This document shows positions 24,613-36,487 of a DNA stretch of 64,000 nt, piece after piece. Origin of the DNA: Centroscyllium fabricii (taxonomy: Eukaryota); contig JBNRSN020000002.1 in the NCBI GenBank assembly GCA_051313645.2, positions 232,314,001 to 232,378,000 on the forward strand, given 5' to 3'. How positions within the stretch are numbered: the stretch's first letter is position 1; the number at the start of each line of letters is the position of its first letter. The position numbers were made by a program, and so were the translations under genes. The notes beneath the pieces were generated by a model that had not been told where the DNA came from, did no database searches, and saw only the letters and a program-made list of their open reading frames with translations.

Positions 24613-25596
24613 AGAGAAACTGAACTAAAAGATCACACATGGGGGAGGGGAGAAATCTGATCCAACCCTAGAGCACACAAGCATATTAGCATACCTTAAC
24701 ACCTCAGTCTGCGAACAATGGGGCGCAATTGCAGGGGTGTCACATGCTGCAAAACACAGAGTGATATTTTTTCCTTTTTTAAAAGCAAAAAAAAAAGACA
24801 CATCAAAGGGGTGCAGTCACAGGGCCTAACGCTAGTCTGCTGTAAATCCCACAGAATTACTTTTTTTATAAAAAAGCCGAAGATGGTTCGGGTCTGGACG
24901 ACTCCACGCCAGGCGGGGTCACATGTAGCGTGACATAAACCCAATATCACGGTTGAGGCCGTGCTCATGGGTGCGGAACTTGGCAATCAGCCTCTGCTCG
25001 ACGATTTTGCGTTGTCGTGTATCTTGAAGGCCACCCTGGAGAATGCTCACCCGAAGATCGGAAGCTGAATGTCCTTGACCTCTGAAATGTTCCCCGACTG
25101 GGAGGGAACATTCCTGCCTGGCGATTGTTGCGCGGTGCCCGTTCATCCGTTGTCGTAGTGTCTGCATGGTCTCGCCGATGTACCATGCGCCGGGGCATCC
25201 TTTCCTGCAACGTATGAGGTAGACAACATTGGTCGAGTTACATGAGTATGTACCATGTACCTGGTGTGTTGTGTCCTCACGTGTGATGATTGTATCTGTG
25301 CTGATGATTTGGCACGTTTTGCAGAGGTTGCTGTGGCAGGGTTGTGTGGTGTCGTGGTTGCTGTTCTCCTGAAGGCTGGGTAATTTGCTGCGAACTATAG
25401 TCTGTTTGAGGTTAGGTGGCTGTTTGAAGGCGAGTAGTGGAGGCGCGGGGATGGCCTTAGCGAGGTGTTCGTCATCATCAATGACATGCTGAAGGCTGCG
25501 AAGAACATGGCGTAGTTTCTCCGCTCCGGGGAAGTACAGGACGACAAAGGGTACTCTGTTGGTTGTGTCCCGTGTTTGTCTTCTGAGGAGATCTAC

Positions 25597-27291
25597 GCAG
25601 ATCCGACCAAGGAACACACCCGCCAGCTCAACAGACTGATCAAGACCTTCGACCCAGGCTTTCAGAACACCCTACACACCCTCATCCCACGGAATCCCCG
25701 CATGGGAGATTTCTACTGCCTCCCAAAGATACACAAAGCCAACACACCGGGACGCCCTATTGTATCAGGCAGTGGAACCCTATGTGAGAACCTCTCTGGA
25801 TACATCGAGGGCATCCTGAAACCCATCGTTCAGAGAACCCCAAGCTTTTGTCGCGACACTACAGACTTCTTACAAAAACTCAGCACCCACGGACCAGTTG
25901 AACCAGGAACACTCCTTGCCACGATGGACGTCTCGGCACTCGACACCAGTATCCCCCACGATGACGGCATCGCTGCGACAGCTTCAGTACTCAACACCAA
26001 CAACAGCCAATCTCCAGACATCATCTTACAACTCATCCGCTTCATCCTTGACCACAATGTTTTCACCTTCGACAACAATTTTTTTACCCAAACACACGGA
26101 ACAGCCATGGGGACAAAATTCGCACCCCAGTACGCCAACATCTTCATGCACAAGTTCGAGCAAGACTTCTTCGCTACACAGTACCTCCAACCAACGCTAT
26201 ACACCAGATACATCGACGACATTTTCCTCCTGTGGACCCACGGTGAAGAATCACTGAAAAGACTACACGATAACATAAACAAGTTCCATCCCACCATCAA
26301 ACTCACCATGGACTACTCCTCAGAATCGGTTTCATTCTTGGACACACGAATCTCTATCAAAAACGGATGCCTCAGCACTTCCCTCTACCGCAAACCCACG
26401 GACAACCTCAGGATGCTCCACTACTCCAGCTTCCACCCGAACCACATTAAAGAAGCCATCCCCTATGGACAAGCCCTGCGAATACACAGGATCTGCTCAG
26501 ATGAGGAGGAACGCGACAGACACCTACAGACACTGAAAGACGCCCTCGTAAGAACGGGGTATGACACTCGACTCATCGATCGACAGTTCCGACGGGCCAC
26601 AATGAAAAATCGCGTAGATCTCCTCAGAAGACAAACACGGGACACAACCAACAGAGTACCCTTTGTCGTCCAGTACTTCCCCGGAGCGGAGAAACTACGC
26701 CATGTTCTTCGCAGCCTTCAGCATGTCATTGATGATGACGAACACCTCGCTAAGGCCATCCCCGCGCCTCCACTACTCGCCTTCAAACAGCCACCTAACC
26801 TCAAACAGACTATAGTTCGCAGCAAATTACCCAGCCTTCAGGAGAACAGCAACCACAAAACCACACAACCCTGCCACAGCAACCTCTGCAAAACGTGCCA
26901 AATCATCAGCACAGATACAATCATCACACGTGAGGACACAACACACCAGGTACATGGTACATACTCATGTAACTCGACCAATGTTGTCTACCTCATACGT
27001 TGCAGGAAAGGATGCCCCGGCGCATGGTACATCGGCGAGACCATGCAGACACTACGACAACGGATGAACGGGCACCGCGCAACAATCGCCAGGCAGAAAT
27101 GTTCCCTCCCAGTCGGGGAACATTTCAGCGGTCAAGGACATTCAGCTTCCGATCTTCGGGTGAGCATTCTCCAGGGTGGCCTTCAAGATACACGACAACG
27201 CAAAATCGTCGAGCAGAGGCTGATTGCCAAGTTCCGCACCCATGAGCACGGCCTCAACCGTGATATTGGGTTTATGTCACGCTACATGTGA
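25597..27291 (+). CDS. Penelope RT plus GIY-YIG endonuclease (5'-truncated, uninterrupted frame)
   Basis: LPKIHK, GRPIVS, MDV, GTAMG, YIDD RT motifs; Cys-rich linker CHSNLCKTC; VVY...YIGET...R..GH endonuclease; the listed TTG start lies in the inverted arm. Confidence 0.9.
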   Translation, partial: ADPTKEHTRQLNRLIKTFDPGFQNTLHTLIPRNPRMGDFYCLPKIHKANTPGRPIVSGSGTLCENLSGYIEGILKPIVQRTPSFCRDTTDFLQKLSTHGPVEPGTLLATMDVSALDTSIPHDDGIAATASVLNTNNSQSPDIILQLIRFILDHNVFTFDNNFFTQTHGTAMGTKFAPQYANIFMHKFEQDFFATQYLQPTLYTRYIDDIFLLWTHGEESLKRLHDNINKFHPTIKLTMDYSSESVSFLDTRISIKNGCLSTSLYRKPTDNLRMLHYSSFHPNHIKEAIPYGQALRIHRICSDEEERDRHLQTLKDALVRTGYDTRLIDRQFRRATMKNRVDLLRRQTRDTTNRVPFVVQYFPGAEKLRHVLRSLQHVIDDDEHLAKAIPAPPLLAFKQPPNLKQTIVRSKLPSLQENSNHKTTQPCHSNLCKTCQIISTDTIITREDTTHQVHGTYSCNSTNVVYLIRCRKGCPGAWYIGETMQTLRQRMNGHRATIARQKCSLPVGEHFSGQGHSASDLRVSILQGGLQDTRQRKIVEQRLIAKFRTHEHGLNRDIGFMSRYM

Positions 27292-27597
27292 CCCCGCCTG
27301 GCGTGGAGTCGTCCAGACCCGAACCATCTTCGGCTTTTTTATAAAAAAAGTAATTCTGTGGGATTTACAGCAGACTAGCGTTAGGCCCTGTGACTGCACC
27401 CCTTTGATGTGTCTTTTTTTTTTGCTTTTAAAAAAGGAAAAAAAATCACTCTGTGTTTTGCAGCATGTGACACCCCTGCAATTGCGCCCTATTGTTCGCA
27501 GACTGAGGTGTTAAGGTATGCTAATATGCTTGTGTGCTCTAGGGTTGGATCAGATTTCTCCCCTCCCCCATGTGTGATCTTTTAGTTCAGTTTCTCT

Positions 27598-27635
27598 TTG
27601 CCTGACGAAGGGGCAAAAGCTCCGAAAGCTTGTGA
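27598..27635 (+). ncRNA. Minimal type-I hammerhead ribozyme in the Penelope 3' UTR
   Basis: CUGACGA-a-GGGGC(AAAA)GCUCC-GAAA-GCUU; short stem I UUGC/GUGA; palindromic AAGCUU at helix III. Confidence 0.78.
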
Positions 27636-27912
27636 TTTAAAATAAAACGTTGGACTTTAAACCTGGTGTTGTGTGACTTTTTGCATTTGTCCACCCCAGT
27701 CCAACACCGGCACCTCCGCATTAAAGAGATCATCACCAATCACTCACACATGACAGAGTTTTACAGTTTGAGTGGTTGTGTGCTACTTCCTGTAAATGTA
27801 AGAGTTTTCTTTAGGTATTTCAAGGTTAATTGGTATCAGGGAGTGTTCTGGCAAATACAAAACTACCTAGTTCTTTCTGACACACTTCAAACTACAACAC
27901 GTGCTAAAGGTC

Positions 27913-29080
27913 ATGGGGGCTGTACTGGCAGTTGACCTCCCCCTCCTGGATCTACAGCAGAGGCAGCGAGAAAGACGGGAACATGTGTGCAGTGGGAGGA
28001 GGAGGGCCACCAGGGCTCTCAACAGGAGGCCTTACCTTTCTATGGTCTTCCAACAGCCCTTCTCCTACCTTCAATTAAGCGAGGGGGAGGATCCGCTTCA
28101 CCAAGGAGGTGGTCACAGAACTCTGCCACCTCCTGCAAGCAGACCTCCAGTCTCGGTCCAGGGTGACCACAGCTCCCCCAGTGGCAGTCAAGGTCACCGT
28201 TGCCCTCAATTTCTTCACCAGCGGATCTTTCTAAACTGCAGCAGGAGACATAGCAAACATCTCACAGTTCGCCATCCATCGCTGCATCTGGGAGGTCACA
28301 GAGTGTCTGTACACCAGGAGAAGGGAGTACATTGGCTTCTCGATCACCAAAGAGAACCAGGACGAGCATGCATGTGGCTTTTCCAGGATAGCGGGCTTCC
28401 CCATGGTGCAGGGTGCAATCAACTGCATCCACATGGCTTTGCAGGCACCGTATAACAATCCTGAGATCCTCTTTAACCACAAAGGCTACCACTCACTTAA
28501 TGTGCAGTTGATGTGCGATCACACAGCAAATCTTCAATATCAATGCTCATTATTCTGACAGCAGCCATGATGCATTCATCCTGCGCCAGACCGGTGTGCC
28601 AGCACTCGTCCAGCCCCCACGTCAAATTCGAGGGTGGCTGCTCGGAGTAAGGGCTACCACTCTCCACCTGGCTCATGACTCCTCTCTGAAATCCCAACAC
28701 TCATGCTCAGCACTCATATAATGACAGCCATGCTGCCACCAGGAACATCATTGAGCAGACCATTTGAGCTACTGAAGCAATGGTCCTGCTGCCTTGACCA
28801 CTCGGGAGGAGCCCTCCCGTACTCAGCTGTGTGGGTGTCCCATTTCTTGGTGGTCTGCTGCATGCTCCACAACTTGGCCATCATGAGTGCCCAGCCCTTA
28901 CCACCAGGGTTTGTGGGACCACCTTAGGAGGAGAATGAGGGGAAGTAGGGCGAGGAGGAGGAGGCTGATAATGATGAGGATGAGGAGGAAGAGAAACAGG
29001 AGGGAGGGAGGAGGCAGGCAGACAATTGGCCTTCTGGATAGGCTGTCCGTGACCAGCTCATCAGGTTCCAATTTGCATGA
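27913..29080 (+). pseudogene. HARBI1-like Harbinger transposase (element H1), degenerate
   Basis: RRPY, ALNF, AGFPMVQGAINCIH, NHKGYHSLNVQ, IEQTFELLKQ, CCMLHN and acidic tail over several frames. Confidence 0.88.
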
Positions 29081-29510
29081 ATGAAACCCCAGATCCTCGT
29101 TGCTCACCACATCCCCATCATACCTTCCCTGTCTCACGCCGTATCCCAGCGTCCTCCTGGGCACAAAGCTGAAATGAGAGACAGCACAAAAGTTTCCAAA
29201 CACAATTAATAAATTAATCTATAATCATATTACACATATTTACAGAAATACTATTAACTAATTACCCTTGTGCAACCCCTTAGGCATGGATTATCCCTCA
29301 GGTGTAGGGAATTGGCGGGTTTCCGGCAGGTCAGGTTTCCCACACGCAATTTTGGCTCAATTGGCCAATTGATTTCCAGTGTGTGGGAACCCTTGGCAGA
29401 TGAGTATTTCCAGTCAGAAAGTCGCACAATATGATGTCATCGTTGCTGGTGCTTCTAAGGCAGACAGTAAGCCTTCCTCACTCTTCAGGTTTCCAAGCGC
29501 TTTCTTCAAG

Positions 29511-32410
29511 ATGGAACAGGAGCCTGCAGCAGCTGTGACCAATGTGAGGGCCCGGCCTCACCCAAAATTGACGACGTTTCACTGCAGGCATTGCTAGAGG
29601 GGGCTAGGTCCCACAGGAAGGTTCTCTTCCCCTCCCCTGAGAGGAAGAGATCTCCCAGTCAGACCAAGGCTGCTTGGCTGCAGGTGGCCCAGGAGGTGAA
29701 CTCCGTGGCCCTCACAGCGCGCACATGGATGCAGTGCCACAAGAGATTCCAGGACCTTCATTGAACTGGAAAAATAAGTATGAAGTTTATATCGCCCTCA
29801 ATCTGATCCGCATTGCCTTTCCTCACCAGCACTTAGCTTCAGCAATCTCTTCCATAACATCCCACTTGACACTCACATCCGTGCACGCTTACCCATTCCC
29901 TCTCCCTCTAAGCTCACATTCACCTAAATATTGCACTGTGCAGCCCTCACACTCCCTCTCAATCTGATGCTTTGACCACAACTGACAACACACAGGGAGG
30001 GCCCTTGGTCTTGCAACCTCACTCCATCTTTGTCTCCCTCTAAGTATCTATGCTATGCACTCTCTGCACTCACGCCTTCATTCTCACTCAACCTCCACTG
30101 GTCTCCATCATTGCAGAAAAAGGGAGTTCACAATAAAAGGGAAAGAGCCAGTGCAGGAGGAGGCCCACCCTCAATAGCTCACCTCAGCTCCTGGGAGGAA
30201 GGAGTAATGGAACTCTCGGGGTTTATGCGGCTGCGGAAGTTGGGGAAGGAAAGACAGGTGCATCCTTGCAAGCTGGTGACAGAATAATTTTCCATCTCTC
30301 TCATTAACATCACATGACTCACAGATAATGGGATCAATTTTCCTGGAGCCGACAGGCGGCTTTTTCGTTGGATGGGGAGGGAAAATCGCAAACATGGGGG
30401 TTCGCGACCCCTCCTGCTGGTTTTCCGTCAGTTTCAGCCCGGCGGGTTCGATCGGCCCGCTTCAGTCCCGCCCAGCATCAGCGGAGATGGTTGTTAGGCT
30501 CATTAAGGACCCTTAATTGGCTTGTATAATGCCATTTTAAGGGCCCCTTGCAATTTTCAGCCTTTTCCCATGCAAAACCCACCAGCTGGAAACCCCGCCA
30601 GTGAAACCTTGTGGGGACGCATTTGGTTTGCTGTCTTTCACCTTTAAGGCATTGAAGCACTTGTAGCAGAATGGCACCCTGGTCTCCAGCATGCTGGAGG
30701 TCTAACTGTCTCCTTAGGGTGCCCAAGATTAGTGGGAAAAAACCTTTCAAAAATTTACCTTTCAGCTGCTTTCTAGTGATTGACAGATAGGCGTTCCCTA
30801 GCTGTCAGTAGCCTGCCAGTGAAACAAATCACTTAGAGCTGGCAATTATCCACTTGCAGGTAGATTCTGTTGACAGTAGATTGTGACATCACAATACACT
30901 GAAACAACAGAAAGAAACAGACCAGACTAGTTAGAGCTGCTAATCATGGGCTCTGTTGTTTACACAGTGGGAACCCCGCTGGCTTTCTGTCTTAAATCAA
31001 TCAATTGGCAGGGGCTTCCCACACGCGGGGATTTAATTGGCCAATTGTGCCAAAATTGCATGGGGCTCTCACATCCTTCAGAAAGCAGGAAGAAAAAGTG
31101 ATCAGTGGGGAACCCACCAATTCCCCACACCTTGAGGAAAATTGACCCCATTGATTCTGAAGTTATAGCATATAGACTTATGATCATCTGCAAAATGCAT
31201 TGTGCATGTAACCTTGGCATCACATCTCTGACTCTTTCCTTTACTCCCCCAAAGGATAATCAAGAGCCCCCATCCCCCACTGTGGAGGAGGAATAGGCTG
31301 AGCAGCCAGACTCCTCAGAGGAAGCTGCTACCTCTGAGGATGCAGCATCAGCAGAATTCAGCGCACCCAGCACCAGCGCAGACTCTCACACCACGGAGGG
31401 ACCTTCAGGACATAGAGCAGTGTTGTCACCTGGTGTATCACAGCTCACAAGTGAGCATCAGCAGATTGTGGAGAGAGGGACAGCAGTGGAGAGTCCTAGT
31501 CGGAGGGCACAGGACTCTGCCAGCTCAGCTCAGCTGCATGTCGACCCTCTGCCTCTGGGTCCATCGAAAAGATCAGAGGTGATGGAACTCCATGCACAGA
31601 CGCAGTAGTCTCTGGCAGGTTTTGTCTCTAGAGTCACTGCGAGTGTGGTGCGAATGGAGCAGTCCATTGTGAGCATGAGCAGAGCATTTGTGGAGTCAGT
31701 GGCGCATGAACGCATTAACACGGAAAGGATGGCTTCCTACATGGAAATGATTGCTGCCTCCATTGTAAGTCTGGCTACCATAGAGGAGAGGAGGGCTGCG
31801 GCAGAGGAGAGGAGGGCTGTGGTAGAGGAGAGGAGGGCTGCCGTAGAGGAGAGGAGATGAGGGCTGCAGCCATGGAGGAGGTTAGTTGCCAGGTATGGAA
31901 AACATGGCCATTGTTCAGAATAGAATGACATCTCTTGAGGAGCGATGGGCATCTATTGTACAGAGAAACCAGACCTTCATGGAAGTTCTTCTGAGTAGGA
32001 CTGGCAGTGCAGATACAGGTCCCTGTGGCTCCCCTGATGTGCAGCAAGGTGCTCTCTAGTCACTTGCAGGCGCTGCAGGGGACCTGACCCATGAGAGGGA
32101 GGTTGACGGCAGTCCTCAAGGAAGTGGGGGCTCCTCTCCAAGCGCTCACACTTCCATGTCACTGCAGAGCCCTCGTTCAGAGCCCCGCCAGAGTCCACAC
32201 CCAAGTGAGATAGACGTCTCAACCCCTGCACAACCGCAGGAGCAGCAGACTGCTGACGAGCCCTCACAGGCTCGCAATACTAGAGGATGCTGACCAAAGG
32301 TGTCGAGACAGGAGCAGCAGGAAAGTGATCAAGGGACCTCCACATCTGCTGAAGCCACAGGGGAACCACTATGTAGGAGCACACGTAAGAGAAAGAAACT
32401 GCACAGTCAC
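29511..32410 (+). pseudogene. Myb/SANT gene of H2, spliced and degenerate
   Basis: TKAAWLQVAQEVN...RTWMQCHKRF; exon 2 KKGVHNKRERASAGGGPP; 21-bp heptad repeats (AAEERR) at ~31780-31880. Confidence 0.78.
30330..31149. mobile_element. MITE derived from H2-like termini, inserted in an intron of the H2 Myb gene
   Basis: TIRs GGGATCAATTTTCCT / AGGAAAATTGACCCC; AT on both sides; arms resemble 34100-34455 and 29283-29400 inverted. Confidence 0.85.
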
Positions 32411-32700
32411 ACACGGATAGTCACTTGGGTGAAATTTGATGTTTAATGAGTGAAAGCCATCATATGAACCATTGGCTTGCTGAAGATGTGATTCAGATGC
32501 CTGGATAAATCAGGTGGAGCCCTCCAGTACTCAGCAGCCAGGATCTCCAAAATCATCGTGGTTTGCTGTGCACTTCACAACATGGCACAGCGTTGTAGTG
32601 TACGTAAACAATTGGGTGGCAACTGTTGCAGTTGTGGCGTGTCTCATTTCACCAATTCTCAGAGAAGAAGCAGCGAGACTAAAGTGTTTGATGCACAAGG

Positions 32701-33935
32701 CTAAGCAAATCTGACAAGGATAATTGTGTTCCTTGCATCTCGAGCAGCAATGTTCTCGCATACCGCTGCCGCTGGTTGATGGGCCTCTGCAGGATGGTCG
32801 TTTTTGCCCACCTCCTCCTCCTCATCATCATTATCATCATCTGAAGAGGGTATGTGAGGAGACACTTGGTCCTCAGGAATCTGCAAGCCACAATGTTGTG
32901 CCATGTTGTGAAGTGTACAGCAAACCACGACCATTTTGGAGACCCTGGCTGCTGAGTACTGTAGGGCTCCACCTGATCTATCCAGGCATCTGAACCACAT
33001 CGTCAGCAAGCCAATGGTTTGCTCAATAATGCATCTGGTGGAAATGTGGCTGGAGTTGTAGCGCTCCTCAGCCTCGTTGGCTGGCCTCTTCAATGGCATC
33101 ATTAGTCAAGTCCTCAGGGGATAGCCCTTGTCTCCAAGTAGCCATCACTGAAGTTCGTCTGGTGGACTGAAGAGCGGAGGCATGGTAGACTGGCACAGGA
33201 CGAATGAGTCAACTGCCAGGGTACTTGGCATAAACATGCAAAATCTCCTTCTTGTGGTCACAGACCTGCTGAACATTGAGGGAGTGGAAGCCCTTGCGTT
33301 TGACAAAAATACCAGGATTGTGATGGGGTGCCCTAAGGGCCACGTGTGTGCAGTCAATGACGCCCCACACCCTTGGAAAGCCTGCCAGATGAGCTAATCC
33401 AACTGCTCGTGCCCTCACACTTGTGTGATCCTTGGTGAAATGGATGTGATTGTGCACGAGGGCAAAGAGGGCATTGGTTACCTGCATGATACAAGTGTGT
33501 GCGGCTGACTGGGAAATGCTGCTGATGTCTGCTGATGATCCCTGGAATGAGCCTGAGGCAAAATGTTGAGTGCGGTGGTGACTTTGATGGACACAGGTAA
33601 GGCGTGTCCACCTGTTGCTCTGGGCTCCAGGACTTTCTGTAGCATTGTGCAAATGTCAGTCACTACCTGTCGCGAAAGTCGGAGCCGCCTTTGGCACTGC
33701 TGCTCAGTCATGTTGAGGTAGCTGACCCTGTGTCTGTAAACCCTGTTTGGGGGATATCTCCTGCGCCGATGGGCTTCCATGCGCTGGCCCCTTCTGGCCT
33801 GTGCTGCCTCCGGTGGGTGATCAGATGGCTCCTGCTGCTGCTGCTGGTGCTGTTGTTGTTCTTGGTTCTGCTGCTGCCGCCTCTGCTGCTGGAGATCCTC
33901 TAAAGCCAAGAAGGGAAGAAAAAAATGCCCCCCAT
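32701..33935 (-). pseudogene. HARBI1-like transposase of H2
   Basis: N-terminal polyQ; YPPNRVYR; GVIDCTHV; RKGFHSLNVQ; GDKGYP; IEQTIGLL; CCTLHN; few frameshifts or stops. Confidence 0.92.
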
Positions 33936-34458
33936 GCTTCTGGTGGATGCCTCCACTGAGGAAACTGAGTGAGAGTGGCAAGAGGGCTTTCACAGGAGGT
34001 GACACTGGAGAATTTTGTGAGGCTCCAACCTTTTGCAGGTGTGGTATAACCTGGAACAATTTGCCCCAGGCCTGAGACAGCAAAGTCCTTCCGGCTGCAA
34101 ATGGTGGCTGATTAAATCTCTTCTTTAATGATTGACCTGCTGCTGAGAGTCACCAAGCTGATTGTGTCCCCGCCAGGTTTCACCGGCAGTGTTTCCGGCT
34201 GCCGGGTTTTGTGTAGGAAAAGGCTGAAAATTGCAATGGCCCCCTAAAATGGCATTATAGATGCCAATTAATGATGATTCAAGTGCCTAAAGACCATTCC
34301 CACTGATGGGATTGAATTGGGTCGGCCAGACATGGCAGGGGGAAAATCGCGATGTGTGGGGAATCCGGCGGGAGGGGTCGCGACTTCCCGTTTTTGCTAT
34401 TTTGCCTCCCCGGACGCCAAAAAGTCCACCTGATGGCTCAAGGAAATTTGAGGCCTTA

Positions 34459-35054
34459 GTGTCTGTATTTCATGTGCCCTTTCCTGATCTAGTGCTCCTA
34501 TGCAGTACTCCCCTAGTGACTGCAGTATGGCTTGTGGAAGGCTGCTGAGTTTCCATGTGGGAGATTTCAGATGGCCTTGCAGGATGACCTCAACCAGCTG
34601 TGGATCCAGAAGGCCCAGCTGTAGACTGCACCACCTCGGCATGTGTGTCAGCAGTCTGGGCTGGTGCAGTGACAGACCACGACAAGGGCAATGGCGGCGT
34701 GGCAGTAGTTGTATTAGGAATGCTGTCATCCTGACAGAGGCCAGTAGGTTCCTGCTCCACTGACCCACTGCCACACTCCCAGGGTGGTGCCTCAGCATTT
34801 CAAGCAATTTGTTGGAGCACAGACTGCTGGCCTGCTGCAACACCATGAAAGCCCTGGTCAGCGGTGGTCAACCCAGCCTTGATAGCAACAGTCAGAGCTT
34901 CGGCTGCAGCAGTAAGATGTTGGGTCGCTTCTGCCTGTGCTGCAATGAAAGCTGCAACATCACTTATCATTTTCCCAGGTACATCTCTAAAAGAACCCAA
35001 CTATAGCAACAGATACCACATGCTGCCTGGGCCGCATGTGGGTCCCCATGGACT
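34459..35054 (-). pseudogene. 3' part of the H1 Myb/SANT-type second gene
   Basis: Continues the sequence left of 29280 across the TTA site; Ala/Gln-rich reading frames convergent with the H1 transposase. Confidence 0.5.
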
Positions 35055-36487
35055 TGTGGCGGATCGCCACGTCCCGACGAATCTACCGGACTCACGGACT
35101 CCAGGCACCGGCCCGAGGCGCGCTGCTCCCTCGAGGCCGGTGCCGACGCGCCGACGTCCCCGCGCATGCGCCCGATGCGCAAATGCGCACAAACGCGTCG
35201 ATGTCATCACGCACATACGTGATGATGTCAAGACGTCCTGAGAGGACTATATATTCAAGCGCAAGGGCGCAAAACGCTCTCTCTGCAATGTAGTTTAATA
35301 AACTAAGTTGTATGCTGCTACCCGGTCTCGGAGGTTTCTTTCGCCCACCAGCAAACACAACATTGGTGACCCCGACGCTCGGAACGGATTCCGAGCACAA
35401 CGATAGTGGACGCAAGCGCAGCCGCGGTCCGGCTGCCTGAGTTTTGGGAGCACCAGGCCGCAGACTGGTTTGTCCAAGCAGAGTCCCGGTTCAGGCTACA
35501 CTGGGTCAACAGAGAAGACGTGCGGTACGACTACCTAGTCGCCTCACTGGGGAGCTCCACGGTGACGGAAGTCTGGGCAGAGCTGCAGAACCCACCGCAG
35601 CAGGGCAAGTACACGCATCTTAAGGCCGCGCTCCTTAAAAAGTTCACTACCTCCCAGTACTAGCACTGAAGCCAGCTCCTTGCCCTCCAGGGCCTTGGTA
35701 ACGCTTCACCGTCGTGCCTTCTCTCCCACATGCTCTCGCTTACAGCAGAGAATCCTCCAGGATCCCTCTTCCGAACGCTCTTCATTCACCAGCTCCCCCC
35801 CCGCATCCGCCCCGACATCGTCGCGTCTGACCTCCAGAACCTGACAGACCTAGCCAGCCTGGCCGACAGACTGATGGTAGGACAACAGGGCCACGGCAGC
35901 ATGGACTTGGCGGCCGCCGCCACGGCGCGCCCAACCACCCCTCCACACGGTCGCCGGGCTCAGCCCCCAGGCCCACGCGAACGCCGTATTCCCCAAACCC
36001 GCCGAATCCAGGGTACTGCTATTACCACGCCCGGTTCAGTGCCAGTGCGCAACGGTGCACGCAACCCTGAACTTTCAATCCCGCACCCACATCGGTTCCC
36101 ATCATGTCCGTGGGGCATGCTGCATGCCTCCTGTACATCACGGATGGCAAAACCGGACGCCACATCCTTTGCGACACCGGGGCCCAGCACAGCATTGTGC
36201 CCGCCTCCGCCCTCGATGTCAAAACGTGCGCACGAGGCCCGACACTCGCCGCGGCCAACATGTCCGACATCCGGATGTATGGCACCTGAACGGTCCAACT
36301 CCAACTCGCAGGTCACTGCTATACGTGGGAGTTTATCAGTGCCAAGATACTCTCGCCACTCATCGGCGCAGACTTCCTATACGCCCACGGCCTGCTGGTC
36401 GACATACCCCGTGGCCGCCTCGTGGACATCAACTCCATGACCGACATGGCCCCTGCTCAGCCCGCCAACATGGCCACCCAGTGCCAC

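Larger units (their letters stand above)
24524..27721 (+). mobile_element. Penelope-like element (Neptune-type) with inverted pseudo-LTR
   Basis: 24524-~25598 is the reverse complement of ~26612-27686; ~35-nt 3' extension 27687-27721; 12-bp TSD TAAAGAGATCAT at 24512-24523 and 27722-27733. Confidence 0.95.
29283..34455. mobile_element. Two-gene Harbinger element H2 nested in H1
   Basis: TTA TSD at 29280-29282 and 34456-34458; imperfect GGC..TCC termini; convergent Myb (+) and transposase (-) genes. Confidence 0.8.

Noticed and set aside
24696-24986. Duplicated small ORFs (96 aa and 81 aa, also at 27000-27514)
   Set aside because: Alternative-frame or UTR ORFs duplicated only because of the Penelope inverted arm.
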